Under the pieces are notes generated by a model that saw only the letters and a list, made by a program, of their open reading frames with translations, did no database searches and was not told the DNA's origin. A DNA stretch of 64,000 nucleotides. It comes from an uncultured Gemmatimonadaceae bacterium. Its GTDB lineage: Bacteria; Gemmatimonadota; Gemmatimonadetes; Gemmatimonadales; GWC2-71-9. Of this stretch, positions 55,597-64,000 are shown piece by piece. The translations under genes and the position numbers were made by a program. Location: the NCBI GenBank assembly GCA_964348385.1, contig CAYGCN010000001.1, positions 537 to 64,536 of the forward strand, read 5' to 3'. Within the stretch, counting starts at the first letter, position 1; every line of letters starts with the position of its first letter.

Positions 55597-56490
55597 CTAG
55601 GTCCGCGGCACCATCACGCTGATCGCGTGCGGCACGATGCGGGCGGTGAACGGGGTCCACCCGGCCGCCTCGCCGTCGTACTGCACCGGCAACGGCTCCT
55701 CCGGTTCGACAACGACCTCGCGACCCCGGGCGAACTTGATACGGAAATTGTCCTCGGCCAGACCGCTGGCCAAGCGCCACAACGCGTGCGCACCTTCCGT
55801 CACGCTCTTGGCATTGACAATGAAGACGTCGAACACCCCGTCGTCGGGGACCACGCCCTTCCGCAGGCGCAGAAACGGCGGGACGATTTCCCCACAGTTC
55901 GCGACGAGCACCATCGCGGCATCCGCATGGATCGGCGTCCCGTCGACCGTGAGCCGATGCGGGACGGCCTTGAGTCGTGCGATCGCCCCGAGACCGGTGG
56001 CGACGTACGCCGCCATGCGCCATCGTCGCTTGGCCGCCCCGGTCGTCTCCGTCATGAGCACGGCGTCGAACCCGGCCCCGGCGCCCACGGCGAAGTAGTG
56101 GGGTCCGTCGTCCCTCGGGAGTATCCCGAGGTCGATCGGGCGAGGCCGACCGCGAATCGCCACCCGCGCGGCGGCCGCGGGCCGCCGTGGCAGCCGCAGG
56201 TTCCCGGCAAGGAGATTCCCCGTCCCGCCAGGGATGAGGGCCACCGGCACTTCGTAGTGGACCATGCCGGCCACCGCCTGCATGGTCGTGCCGTCGCCGC
56301 CGTACACGGCCACGAGATCGACACCGCCGTCGACCCCCGCGCGCGCCAGGTCCTTGGCATGGCCGATGCGCGACGTCCCCTCGACCTCCACATTCCATCC
56401 GTCGCGCTTGAACACCTTTACCACGGTGTCCACCACCTTGAGGTTCGCTCGGGCGGCGACGGGATTGAAGATCAAGAGCGCTCGCGCCAC
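55597..56490 (-). CDS. Diacylglycerol/lipid kinase catalytic-domain protein (YegS/BmrU/LCB5 family)
   Basis: Trimmed to the GTG at 56488-56490 (TAGTG overlap with the tamB stop). LLIFNPVAAR, VAVYGGDGT, LIPGGTGN. Confidence 0.8.
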   Translation of the reverse strand: MARALLIFNPVAARANLKVVDTVVKVFKRDGWNVEVEGTSRIGHAKDLARAGVDGGVDLVAVYGGDGTTMQAVAGMVHYEVPVALIPGGTGNLLAGNLRLPRRPAAAARVAIRGRPRPIDLGILPRDDGPHYFAVGAGAGFDAVLMTETTGAAKRRWRMAAYVATGLGAIARLKAVPHRLTVDGTPIHADAAMVLVANCGEIVPPFLRLRKGVVPDDGVFDVFIVNAKSVTEGAHALWRLASGLAEDNFRIKFARGREVVVEPEEPLPVQYDGEAAGWTPFTARIVPHAISVMVPRT

Positions 56491-59400
56491 TAGTAGTGCT
56501 TCTCCCAGAACAAGTCGGCCCCGAATTGGTAGTTCGCCGCGGACTGCGCGGACGGGTTCTCGCAGCTGGTCAGCGGATCCACGCTCGCCGCGACCAGCCA
56601 CTGCCGGCTCAAGCGAAACTCGAGGCTCGCCCCGACACCAAACGACGTAGCCTGCCGCCGGCACCACCGTGGGCTGGCAGTGAGAAACGCCGTGGTGCCC
56701 AACACCTGAAACTGCTTGCCCACGGCGACCTCCGCACCACTCAGCCCGCTCACCGTGGTGGTCGGCCGAATCTGAAGGTAGTCGAGCGGGATGCCCAAGT
56801 CCGAGATCAACGCGTACTCGATCTGTCCCGAGAACGCCGTGGTGAGCCACTGGGTGAACAGCCGCGACTCCAGGCCACCGCCGGGGCCTTCTCTGAGCGT
56901 CGGGGCACCGAACACCAGGTAGTTGATGATCTCGGGCTCCGACAGCGGGGGCTGGAAGTCACTGGACAGGGTGAGCCGAGGATCGTATAGGGTTCCGCCG
57001 ATGTGCACATCCACGTTCACGTCTTCGCCGGTCGTCCCGCGTACGACGTGACGGGCGTCGATATCCAGGTCCGCGTTCAGATCGGAGGTGCCGAGATACC
57101 GGATCTGTCCCCGCGTGACGGTGAAGTCGCGGTTGGTCCCCAGGCCCAGCTGCAATCGATAGACGCCGCGCGGCGCCTCGAGCACCCCGTCGAGCCGATA
57201 CTGCCGCCGTCGCTTGCTGACGAACACGTTCCCGGCCAGCTGAACGTTCGCCTCCGTCGAGCGCAGCCAGAAATCCCGCCCCATGTCTACGCGGAGACTG
57301 TCGATGCGCAGGCTGTCCAGAAAGCGACTCTGGAACTCGGCGCCGAGCCCTTGCTGGCGCACGAGCGCCGTGTCCACGAACTGCGCGTACAGGGAATCCT
57401 CGAGGTTGATGATCTCCTTGGTCACGAGGTCGGCGAAGTACAGGACACCGCGGGTGGTGGTGGCGTTGCCGCTCAGGCGGGCCTGGTACAGCGGACCGTC
57501 GAGCTGCACCCGCGCCGTCGTGGAGAGCGTGAGGTACCCCCGCACGTCGATGGTACGGAAGTTCGCCGACGTGATACTCAGCGCCAGAATGGGCTTGCTC
57601 AGCTCCTCGAAACGAACGTAGCCTCCCACCGTTGCGGTCCCCGATCCGCTTTGGAGTGAAAGGGCGTCCACCCAGACGGTGTCGCCCGAGAGAGAGAGCC
57701 GTCCGTCCACGGCCTCATGCCGGACCCCGAGGGCCGGGAACGTCGCGCCGCCGTTCCTGATTGCGAGTTGTCCCGTGAGGCGTGGACGTTCCCACGTGCC
57801 CTCGATGCCGAAGTCGGCATCGAAGCTTCCACTGGTCTCTCGAACCTGTGGCAGGGTGGTTTCGAGCAGGGCGAGATCCACATCCTCCGCCCTCGCGCGC
57901 ACGAGGACCGGGCCCGGCAGCCGCCGTTGCTCCACACCGGTCAGCGCGAGATCGAGCGGAAGCTCGACCGCAACGGTCAGAATGGGGACAGCGAGCCTCC
58001 GCAACTCGAAATCGCCGCGTAGCCGCTGGTCGCGATAGTCGAACACGCCCTGCGTGTAGGGAGCGCTGAAGTTCCGGTAGCGGACGTCCCGCAGGTTGGC
58101 GGCGAGCGTCAACACCGGCGAGCGAGCCGTGCCACCGAGCGTGAACGTGCCGCTCAGCTCACCGGTCGCATCTTCCGGATCGCGAAATGCCAGCACCATG
58201 ACGTCGGCGAACTGCAACGCGTCAATCGATCCTTCCAACACCCCTTCGCCCCGGAACGGCCAGCGGCCACGGACGGACACCACGCCCGGGCCGAGGGTAT
58301 TCCGCAGCACGACCTCGGTGAAGGTGAGTCCGCTGTCGTCCATCGCGATCGCGGCGCCGGGATCCAGGAACCAGGGTCCCGAGGCCAGACTCAATCCGAG
58401 CGAATCGAATACCAACTGGGTAGCCGTCGAATCGCGGAGCCAACGCCCACCGCCGATCCACGCACCGTGTCCCAGTCGCGATTGTGCCTGCCATCCCAGT
58501 GCCTCGAGCTGCCCGTGCAGGGCCACCCGCAGGTCGCCGAGGGCGACGGCCCCAACCGCCACCGAATCGATCGACGCATCCAGTCGGAGGCTGCGGGTCG
58601 CGGATACCCAGCTGAAGACGCCGCCCGCGCGGGAGACGTACGCGTCAGCTCGGCGCAGCTGTGCAAAGCCGAGGTCCGCCACCACCTGGAAGCCACCGAC
58701 GGATCCTACCATCCGGCCGGCGGCCTGTGCGGTCCCCGAGGGCCGCGCTACCGTCTCCTCCGCAGTCTCCAGCGAGCCGAGCAGCCGTTCGAGCACGGGC
58801 TCGAAGATCCCGATCGAATCCGTGACGGCCGTGAACCGCAGGGTGTCCCGCACTGCGGTGTCGAGGCCCACCCCGCCAGCGGCGTGGATGCGGAGGGCGT
58901 AGGCCTCGATGCTCAACGTGTCGAAGTTCACCCGCGAGGGAGCGAGCACCGCCACGGCCGTCGCGGTGTCGAGGTCGATACGCTGCACGGATGACCGGCC
59001 GAGCGAGACGGCCGCACGAAACGGGTACGCCTCACCCGCCGCGAACCCCCCCGATCCGACCATCGCCCCGCTCAGCACCGTGTTGGGAAATGCCGGCGAC
59101 AGCCGCTCGAGGTCGAGACGCTCCGTGCGGACATCCAATTGGTGCGCCCCCGAGGCATCCTCGAGGAAGAACAACGCGCCTTCGGCCTCGAGCACCCCGG
59201 CATCGCCCTCGACCCTCCCCCTGAGCGCCAGAGAGTCAACGAACCCCGCGAGGGCGACCGTCCCGTGCCACGCCCCTCTGAGGTCGAGCCCCTCGAAGCT
59301 CGAGTGCAATCCCTCGAGACGCAGGGAATCGAAAGCAAGTTCGGTCCACACGCCCAGCCTGTCGCCACGTGCGTCGAGGGTGAGCCGACCCGTCGCCGCG

Positions 59401-60824
59401 CTCTCCGGCAGCGGGGCATCGCGGTGTGTGAGCCGTCCTTCATACGTCGCATTCAGCCACGGCCCGTTCAGCACTCCTGATCCGGCCAGTCGCCCGCGGA
59501 GCAGCATGGCAGGGACCAGACGCTGCACGGTCGCCAGGCTGATGTCCGCCTCCCGAATCGTGAAGCCGCGAAACACGAAATCCTCCTCGCTCACCGTGAC
59601 GATGCCGGTGCCACGGGCCCGCGAGACAGGTTCTCCCTCCACCAGGAGGTCGCGAAAGGCGGCGTCCAACTCGAGGGTGACTCGTTCCGCCGGTCCGTCG
59701 GCCGACACACGGCCCGTCACGCGTCCCACGAACGGCAGCGTGTCCAGGTAGCCGCGCACGTACTCGAGATCGAAGTCGTCCAGATCGAGGGCGGTTTCCC
59801 GGAATGCCCAGCGCGCGCCCGGTCCGACCACCATGCCGAGGCGTCCCCGCAACCGGCCGCCGTCACGGCCCCGAACATCGAGGTCGTATCCGGCGAAGGC
59901 CACTGCGTCGTTTCCCTGCGTCCGGGTCTGGAATCGCGCCTGACCTCGAAGGCCAGCCGGCAGCGCTGGCACCAGCCCCAGAACGTCGTCGGTCTCGGCC
60001 GGCGACACCCGACCCTCGAGATCGATACCGAGCGCGCCCGCGATCCACGTCACCGTGCCCTCGAGATCTCCCTCGGTGTGCGGCAGCTCGATCCGGTCCA
60101 ACGCGAGCCCCAACGAATCGCGCCACACCCGCGCCGTCCCACGCAGATCCCACACGCTCAGCACGGGATCCGACACGTCGGTGCGCAGCCGAGCCACCTC
60201 GACCAGGATGGGGTCGTCCCGCCTGGGCGACGAGACCCGGAGATAGTCCAACCGGGCGTCCAGACGCTCGAAGCGACGCACCTGAAGCGGGCCGTCGGGG
60301 CCGGGCTCCCGCTCGCGTACCGCCACGGTCGTGTCGGGCGCAGGTGTCTTCACGACGATCCTACCGTCGGAAATCGTGACGTCGCCGAAGGCGATGAGCC
60401 TCCCCGGCGTGGGTTCGGCGCCGGAGTCGCTCGGAAGCAGCGTCTCGAAGTTGAACGGGGTGCCCGACCGTGTCTGCACGACCGTGATCTCGGGTCGGAA
60501 CAGGCGCAGCTCACCGAACACGATCCGCCCGCGCAGGAACTCCCGAACGCCGTAGCCGATCCCGACCAGCTCCGCGCGCAGCACGGGAGATCCGTCTTCC
60601 GTGCTGACCGTGACGTCACGAAGCTCGAGCCCCCGCAGGAACGAGCCGCCGACGTCGCCCACCTCGACCGATCCCATGACGGCGCGATTCGCCGCCTCGA
60701 GCGCCCACGCCACCACCGCGAGTCGGCCGCCCTGCGTCCGCAGCGCCGCACCGGCGAAGCCGAGCGTCACGCCGGCGACCCACGCCGCCATCACCGCAAG
60801 CGCGACGGCCAAACGACGGCCCAT
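56490..60824 (-). CDS. tamB: Translocation and assembly module subunit TamB-like protein (AsmA-like/DUF490), 1444 aa
   Basis: N-terminal TM anchor MGRRLAVALAVMAAWVAGVTLGF, a very long beta-rich repetitive body, and a conserved DUF490-like C-terminus (...GKQFQVLGTTAFLTASPRW...FGADLFWEKHY). It sits immediately downstream of an Omp85 gene. Confidence 0.8.
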   Translation of the reverse strand: MGRRLAVALAVMAAWVAGVTLGFAGAALRTQGGRLAVVAWALEAANRAVMGSVEVGDVGGSFLRGLELRDVTVSTEDGSPVLRAELVGIGYGVREFLRGRIVFGELRLFRPEITVVQTRSGTPFNFETLLPSDSGAEPTPGRLIAFGDVTISDGRIVVKTPAPDTTVAVREREPGPDGPLQVRRFERLDARLDYLRVSSPRRDDPILVEVARLRTDVSDPVLSVWDLRGTARVWRDSLGLALDRIELPHTEGDLEGTVTWIAGALGIDLEGRVSPAETDDVLGLVPALPAGLRGQARFQTRTQGNDAVAFAGYDLDVRGRDGGRLRGRLGMVVGPGARWAFRETALDLDDFDLEYVRGYLDTLPFVGRVTGRVSADGPAERVTLELDAAFRDLLVEGEPVSRARGTGIVTVSEEDFVFRGFTIREADISLATVQRLVPAMLLRGRLAGSGVLNGPWLNATYEGRLTHRDAPLPESAATGRLTLDARGDRLGVWTELAFDSLRLEGLHSSFEGLDLRGAWHGTVALAGFVDSLALRGRVEGDAGVLEAEGALFFLEDASGAHQLDVRTERLDLERLSPAFPNTVLSGAMVGSGGFAAGEAYPFRAAVSLGRSSVQRIDLDTATAVAVLAPSRVNFDTLSIEAYALRIHAAGGVGLDTAVRDTLRFTAVTDSIGIFEPVLERLLGSLETAEETVARPSGTAQAAGRMVGSVGGFQVVADLGFAQLRRADAYVSRAGGVFSWVSATRSLRLDASIDSVAVGAVALGDLRVALHGQLEALGWQAQSRLGHGAWIGGGRWLRDSTATQLVFDSLGLSLASGPWFLDPGAAIAMDDSGLTFTEVVLRNTLGPGVVSVRGRWPFRGEGVLEGSIDALQFADVMVLAFRDPEDATGELSGTFTLGGTARSPVLTLAANLRDVRYRNFSAPYTQGVFDYRDQRLRGDFELRRLAVPILTVAVELPLDLALTGVEQRRLPGPVLVRARAEDVDLALLETTLPQVRETSGSFDADFGIEGTWERPRLTGQLAIRNGGATFPALGVRHEAVDGRLSLSGDTVWVDALSLQSGSGTATVGGYVRFEELSKPILALSITSANFRTIDVRGYLTLSTTARVQLDGPLYQARLSGNATTTRGVLYFADLVTKEIINLEDSLYAQFVDTALVRQQGLGAEFQSRFLDSLRIDSLRVDMGRDFWLRSTEANVQLAGNVFVSKRRRQYRLDGVLEAPRGVYRLQLGLGTNRDFTVTRGQIRYLGTSDLNADLDIDARHVVRGTTGEDVNVDVHIGGTLYDPRLTLSSDFQPPLSEPEIINYLVFGAPTLREGPGGGLESRLFTQWLTTAFSGQIEYALISDLGIPLDYLQIRPTTTVSGLSGAEVAVGKQFQVLGTTAFLTASPRWCRRQATSFGVGASLEFRLSRQWLVAASVDPLTSCENPSAQSAANYQFGADLFWEKHY

Positions 60825-62914
60825 CAGAACGGCTGCCCCACCGAGAAGTGCAACCGCCAGCGACCCAGAAACGAGCGGGTCGGCCGATAGGTCTGCGTCA
60901 CCAGCACCAGATCGGGACCTTCCTTTTTATAGAGTGGCGTCTCGTCCGTGGGATACGGATTGAACGCGACGTCCAGGCGGATCGGCCCGAGTGGGGAGGC
61001 GAGCCGCAGTCCGACCCCGGGTGTGATTCGCAGCGCACTTCCTCGAGCCACGTCGCTGGTCCGATCCACCACTCGGCCCGCGTCCACGAAGACGGCGGCC
61101 GCGAGCCGGTTGGCAAACGCCGCGAGCGGGACCCGGTATTCCGCATTCAGGATGATCAACTCGTTCCCGCCGATCGGCGAGGTGCGAATGACGCTGTCCG
61201 TATCCAACACGCGGACCTTGGGCCCCAACTCGTTCTGGCCGTAGCCGCGGACCGTGCTGGCCCCGCCCGCGTAGAACCGCTCGTCCGGCGGCACCAGCCG
61301 CAGATCCTGTGCGCCTGACCCCAGAGTAGCCGGGAAGATGCGGCCGACTTTGGCGCGGACGCTCAGCACACTGTGGCGGCCGGTGCGCCGGTACACCGAG
61401 TACTCCAGTGTGCCCTTGGCGAAGCGGATCAGCGAATCGGAGCCGATGACCGGCGACGCCCACCGAATCTCCGATCCCAGCCAACTCCCGCCGGTGGGGT
61501 TGAGCACCGAGTTCCGCACATCGCGTACCGCCGACAGCGACAGCGTGGCACGCAGACGATCCTCCGTGAACACCCTGGTGTCCTCGGCGCGGCAGACGTT
61601 CAGAAAGGTGCACAGGGCCGCCGGGTCGGCTCTCGTGCTCCCGTACGAGAGCCCGTACGACAAGGTCACCGGAATCCGTGGCTCGGGACGGTGGGTGATG
61701 CTGACCTCACCGCCGACGGCCTCGCGGAGATAGGCCCGGTACTCAGTGTGGCGTTCTCCATACACGGAGACGTTCGCATTCGTCCGGCGCGAGAACACGT
61801 AAGGCTCGTGCCACGTGAGGGTGAGGTTGTAGTTCAGTTTCAAGCGACTCGTGTCCTCATCGGCCAGCGCGCCGCAAACGGAGTTCTGGAACCCGGCGTC
61901 GAGCGGTGTGCCGGCGCCGATCTGCGATGCCTGTCCGCGAAGCTGCAGCGATCGGCCATTGCCGAGGAAGTCGAGGAGGGTCCAACTCCCCAGTGACCGA
62001 AAGCAGTCGATGGTCCCGTAGCCACCCCCAAGGCGAAGACGCTGTCGTGGTCCCTCGGCGAGGCGGATCCGGACGGTCACGGTGGAGTCCACCGGACTCA
62101 CGGCACGCGCCGAATCGACGAGCCCCACGCTCACATAGTTGAACAGGTCGGTGCGGTACAGGTCGAGCTGGCTCTGATACAGGTCACGCAGCCGGAACGT
62201 GCTCCCGGGCTCCACGGAGATCACGCGTCGCACCACCTGCTCATCCACCTCGCGGAGCCCCATGATCTCCACTCGCCCCACCGTGGTCTGCGGACCCGGA
62301 TCCACCTCGAAGTCCACGGTCCCGGTGCGGCTCTCGAGATCGATGTCGAAGTTCCGGAACACCTCGGCGAACGGGTAGCCGCGGTTCGCGAGCCGAACAC
62401 GCACGGTGTCGGCGGACGCCAACATCAGCACGCGGTTGAACGGATCGCCGACGCGGAGCGGAAACGTGCTCATGAGCTCCCGCGTCGCGATGATGTCATC
62501 CTGACCACGCACCGTGAACCGCGCGAGCCGGATGGGTTCCCCCTCCGTGATGACGAACCGCAGCCTGACCGCGTCGTCGGATCGGTGCACCACCGTGTCG
62601 ACCGTGGCATCCGCGTACCCACTCTGTCGATACAGGGCCAGGATCCGCAAAACATCTCGCTGGAATTCCACCTCGTCGAAGTAGCGCCGCTCGCCGAACC
62701 CCATCCAGCGCACCAGGGACGAGCGCGCGAAGAAGCTCGAGACCGAGGTGGCGATGGAGATGGCGAGCGTGTTGTCGTCGATGGCCCTGTTGCCCTGGAA
62801 CGCGAGCCCTCGGACCACCGGTCCGCGAACGTCACGAGTCTGCCCGGTCACGCCGCCGGGCAGCGAGATCATCACGAACCCCCAAAGAAGGCAGGCGGCA
62901 CGAATTGACCTCAT
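60824..62914 (-). CDS. tamA: Omp85-family outer-membrane protein assembly factor (TamA/BamA-like; POTRA repeats + D15 barrel)
   Basis: Signal peptide MRSIRAACLLWGFVMISLPGGVTGQ. POTRA-like modules (VRGLAFQGNRAIDDNTL, FVITEGEPIRLARFTVRG). Barrel motifs RFYAGGASTVRGY and FVDAG. C-terminus LHFSVGQPF. Confidence 0.8.
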   Translation of the reverse strand: MRSIRAACLLWGFVMISLPGGVTGQTRDVRGPVVRGLAFQGNRAIDDNTLAISIATSVSSFFARSSLVRWMGFGERRYFDEVEFQRDVLRILALYRQSGYADATVDTVVHRSDDAVRLRFVITEGEPIRLARFTVRGQDDIIATRELMSTFPLRVGDPFNRVLMLASADTVRVRLANRGYPFAEVFRNFDIDLESRTGTVDFEVDPGPQTTVGRVEIMGLREVDEQVVRRVISVEPGSTFRLRDLYQSQLDLYRTDLFNYVSVGLVDSARAVSPVDSTVTVRIRLAEGPRQRLRLGGGYGTIDCFRSLGSWTLLDFLGNGRSLQLRGQASQIGAGTPLDAGFQNSVCGALADEDTSRLKLNYNLTLTWHEPYVFSRRTNANVSVYGERHTEYRAYLREAVGGEVSITHRPEPRIPVTLSYGLSYGSTRADPAALCTFLNVCRAEDTRVFTEDRLRATLSLSAVRDVRNSVLNPTGGSWLGSEIRWASPVIGSDSLIRFAKGTLEYSVYRRTGRHSVLSVRAKVGRIFPATLGSGAQDLRLVPPDERFYAGGASTVRGYGQNELGPKVRVLDTDSVIRTSPIGGNELIILNAEYRVPLAAFANRLAAAVFVDAGRVVDRTSDVARGSALRITPGVGLRLASPLGPIRLDVAFNPYPTDETPLYKKEGPDLVLVTQTYRPTRSFLGRWRLHFSVGQPF

Positions 62915-62968
62915 GTGCGGGCCTCAATAGCTTGCCGCATCCCTCGACCGTCGATCCCCGAGTTTCCC

Positions 62969-64000
62969 ATGCACAACTGTAACCTACGCCGCAACCTGTG
63001 GTTCCTGGGAGCGTGCGCCGTCCTGGCCGGCGCCGCCGTTCCGCCGGCCCATGCCCAGTCCGCTGTGGCGCGACGCATCGAGCGCCGACTGACGACGCCG
63101 CCGCTGAACCGTGCGCATTGGGGCATCCTCGTGATCGACGACCGTGGTCGCACGGTGTTCGAGCACAACGCCGACCGGCTCTTCGTGCCGGCATCGACCG
63201 CGAAGCTCGTCGTTGCCGCGGCCGCCAGCGCGTTGCTACCAGCCGACTTTCGCGTCGTCACGAACGTGTATGCATCCGGTCCGATCGTGGAAGGCGTGCT
63301 CCAGGGCGACCTCGTCATCTACGGTCGGGGCGATCCAACGTTCTCGACGCGATGCTACGGTGCCGACACCCTTGCCGCCGGTGCATGCGACTCCTCGTGG
63401 GCTCGGATCGACACACTGGCCACCCGGCTCGCCGACCGTGGCTTTCGGCGGGTAGCAGGGGCCATCGTGGGAGACGGGAGTCATTTCGACTCCGAGCTGA
63501 CCCACCCCGGGTGGGAAAGTTACGACTTGAACTGGTGGTACGCCGCACCGGTGTCGGGTCTGGGGTTCAACGACAACAGCCTCGACATCACCTACGCCCC
63601 CGGTCCGAGCGTCGGCGCCCCCGTCGAGGTGCGATTCTGGCCGGACCTCGGTCTGTTCGTGTTCGAGAACCGGACGCGCACGCTGGCCGCCGGGGAACGT
63701 CGCACCATCGATTTCTTCCGAGCGCCCGGCACGAACCGAATCTGGGCGGAAGGTGGTGTTCCTTCGGGTGCGCGTCCCCGCACGGAGTATTTTGCGATTC
63801 CCGATCCGCCGTTGTTTTTCGCCGCCGCGCTCCGCGAGGCGCTGGCCCGACGTGGCGTGAGTGTCGAAGGGCCAACCCGATCGACGGTCGACTCGACCCT
63901 CTATGCATCCCTGCGCGAGACCGCCCCGATCGCCGAGGCGGCATCCCGCCCGCTGACCGACCTGCTCTATCCGGTGCTGAACTCCAGCCAGAACTGGTTT
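62969..64000 (+). CDS. dacB: D-alanyl-D-alanine carboxypeptidase/endopeptidase, PBP4 family (peptidase S13); 5' part, continues past the window end
   Basis: Absent from the ORF track (no stop in the window). ATG at 62969, and the frame is open for 344 codons to nt 64000. Signal peptide ...GACAVLAGAAVPPAHAQ. Active-site SxxK in FVPASTAKL. YGRGDPTF, and SQNWF at the very end. Confidence 0.85.
   Translation, partial: MHNCNLRRNLWFLGACAVLAGAAVPPAHAQSAVARRIERRLTTPPLNRAHWGILVIDDRGRTVFEHNADRLFVPASTAKLVVAAAASALLPADFRVVTNVYASGPIVEGVLQGDLVIYGRGDPTFSTRCYGADTLAAGACDSSWARIDTLATRLADRGFRRVAGAIVGDGSHFDSELTHPGWESYDLNWWYAAPVSGLGFNDNSLDITYAPGPSVGAPVEVRFWPDLGLFVFENRTRTLAAGERRTIDFFRAPGTNRIWAEGGVPSGARPRTEYFAIPDPPLFFAAALREALARRGVSVEGPTRSTVDSTLYASLRETAPIAEAASRPLTDLLYPVLNSSQNWF

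Noticed and set aside
55586-56398. Upper 271 codons of the 331-aa ORF 55403..56398 (-)
   Set aside because: This is Arg/Gly/Asp-rich junk that overlaps, out of frame, the lipid-kinase gene, which has clear DAGK_cat motifs. Only the last 60 codons are retained as a separate mini-gene.

Overview
Very GC-rich, tightly packed bacterial chromosomal segment from a diderm organism. Gene content and style would fit a Gemmatimonadota-like lineage, but I cannot verify that here. I call 60 protein-coding genes and found no rRNA, tRNA, CRISPR array, transposase or integrase. Most genes are housekeeping: rho, ruvX, mltG, thiE, rlmI, argH, PBP1A, tyrS, yebC-ruvC-ruvA-ruvB, queA-tgt-yajC, def-fmt, thiS-thiG, rsmB, rpe, tsaD, lgt, acpS, tamA-tamB and dacB. 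About 30 gene junctions overlap by 1 to 26 nt, and the most common form is a 4-nt ATGA or GTGA overlap. Many long ORF-track entries are antisense or out-of-frame shadow ORFs typical of high GC, and many true starts lie inside the listed ORFs. Two genes run off the window edges and are missing from the track: an Ig-repeat protein at 1..2307 (-) and dacB at 62969..64000 (+). A third gene, a zinc-ribbon ORF between ruvA and ruvB, is missing because it is shorter than 60 aa. The most interesting observations are as follows. (1) A membrane-anchored PASTA-only protein sits where Firmicutes carry the PASTA kinase PrkC (def-fmt-rsmB-X-rpe), and a minimal soluble Ser/Thr kinase lies 4 kb away. (2) That kinase's Gly-rich loop is encoded upstream of any ATG/GTG/TTG, which suggests an ATT start. 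(3) An orphan REC-PglZ (PorX-like) response regulator heads an operon with an MsbA-like exporter, a class V aminotransferase and a HIT protein. (4) An N-terminally truncated DnaB-like ATPase is translationally coupled to an unknown helical protein. (5) An overlap-coupled trio encodes a TPR/CsgG-like lipoprotein, an unassigned beta-barrel and a giant Ig-repeat protein. (6) The tamA-tamB operon continues into lipid-related genes and a 4xCxxC mini-protein. All functional calls rest on motif recognition by eye; no database search was possible.
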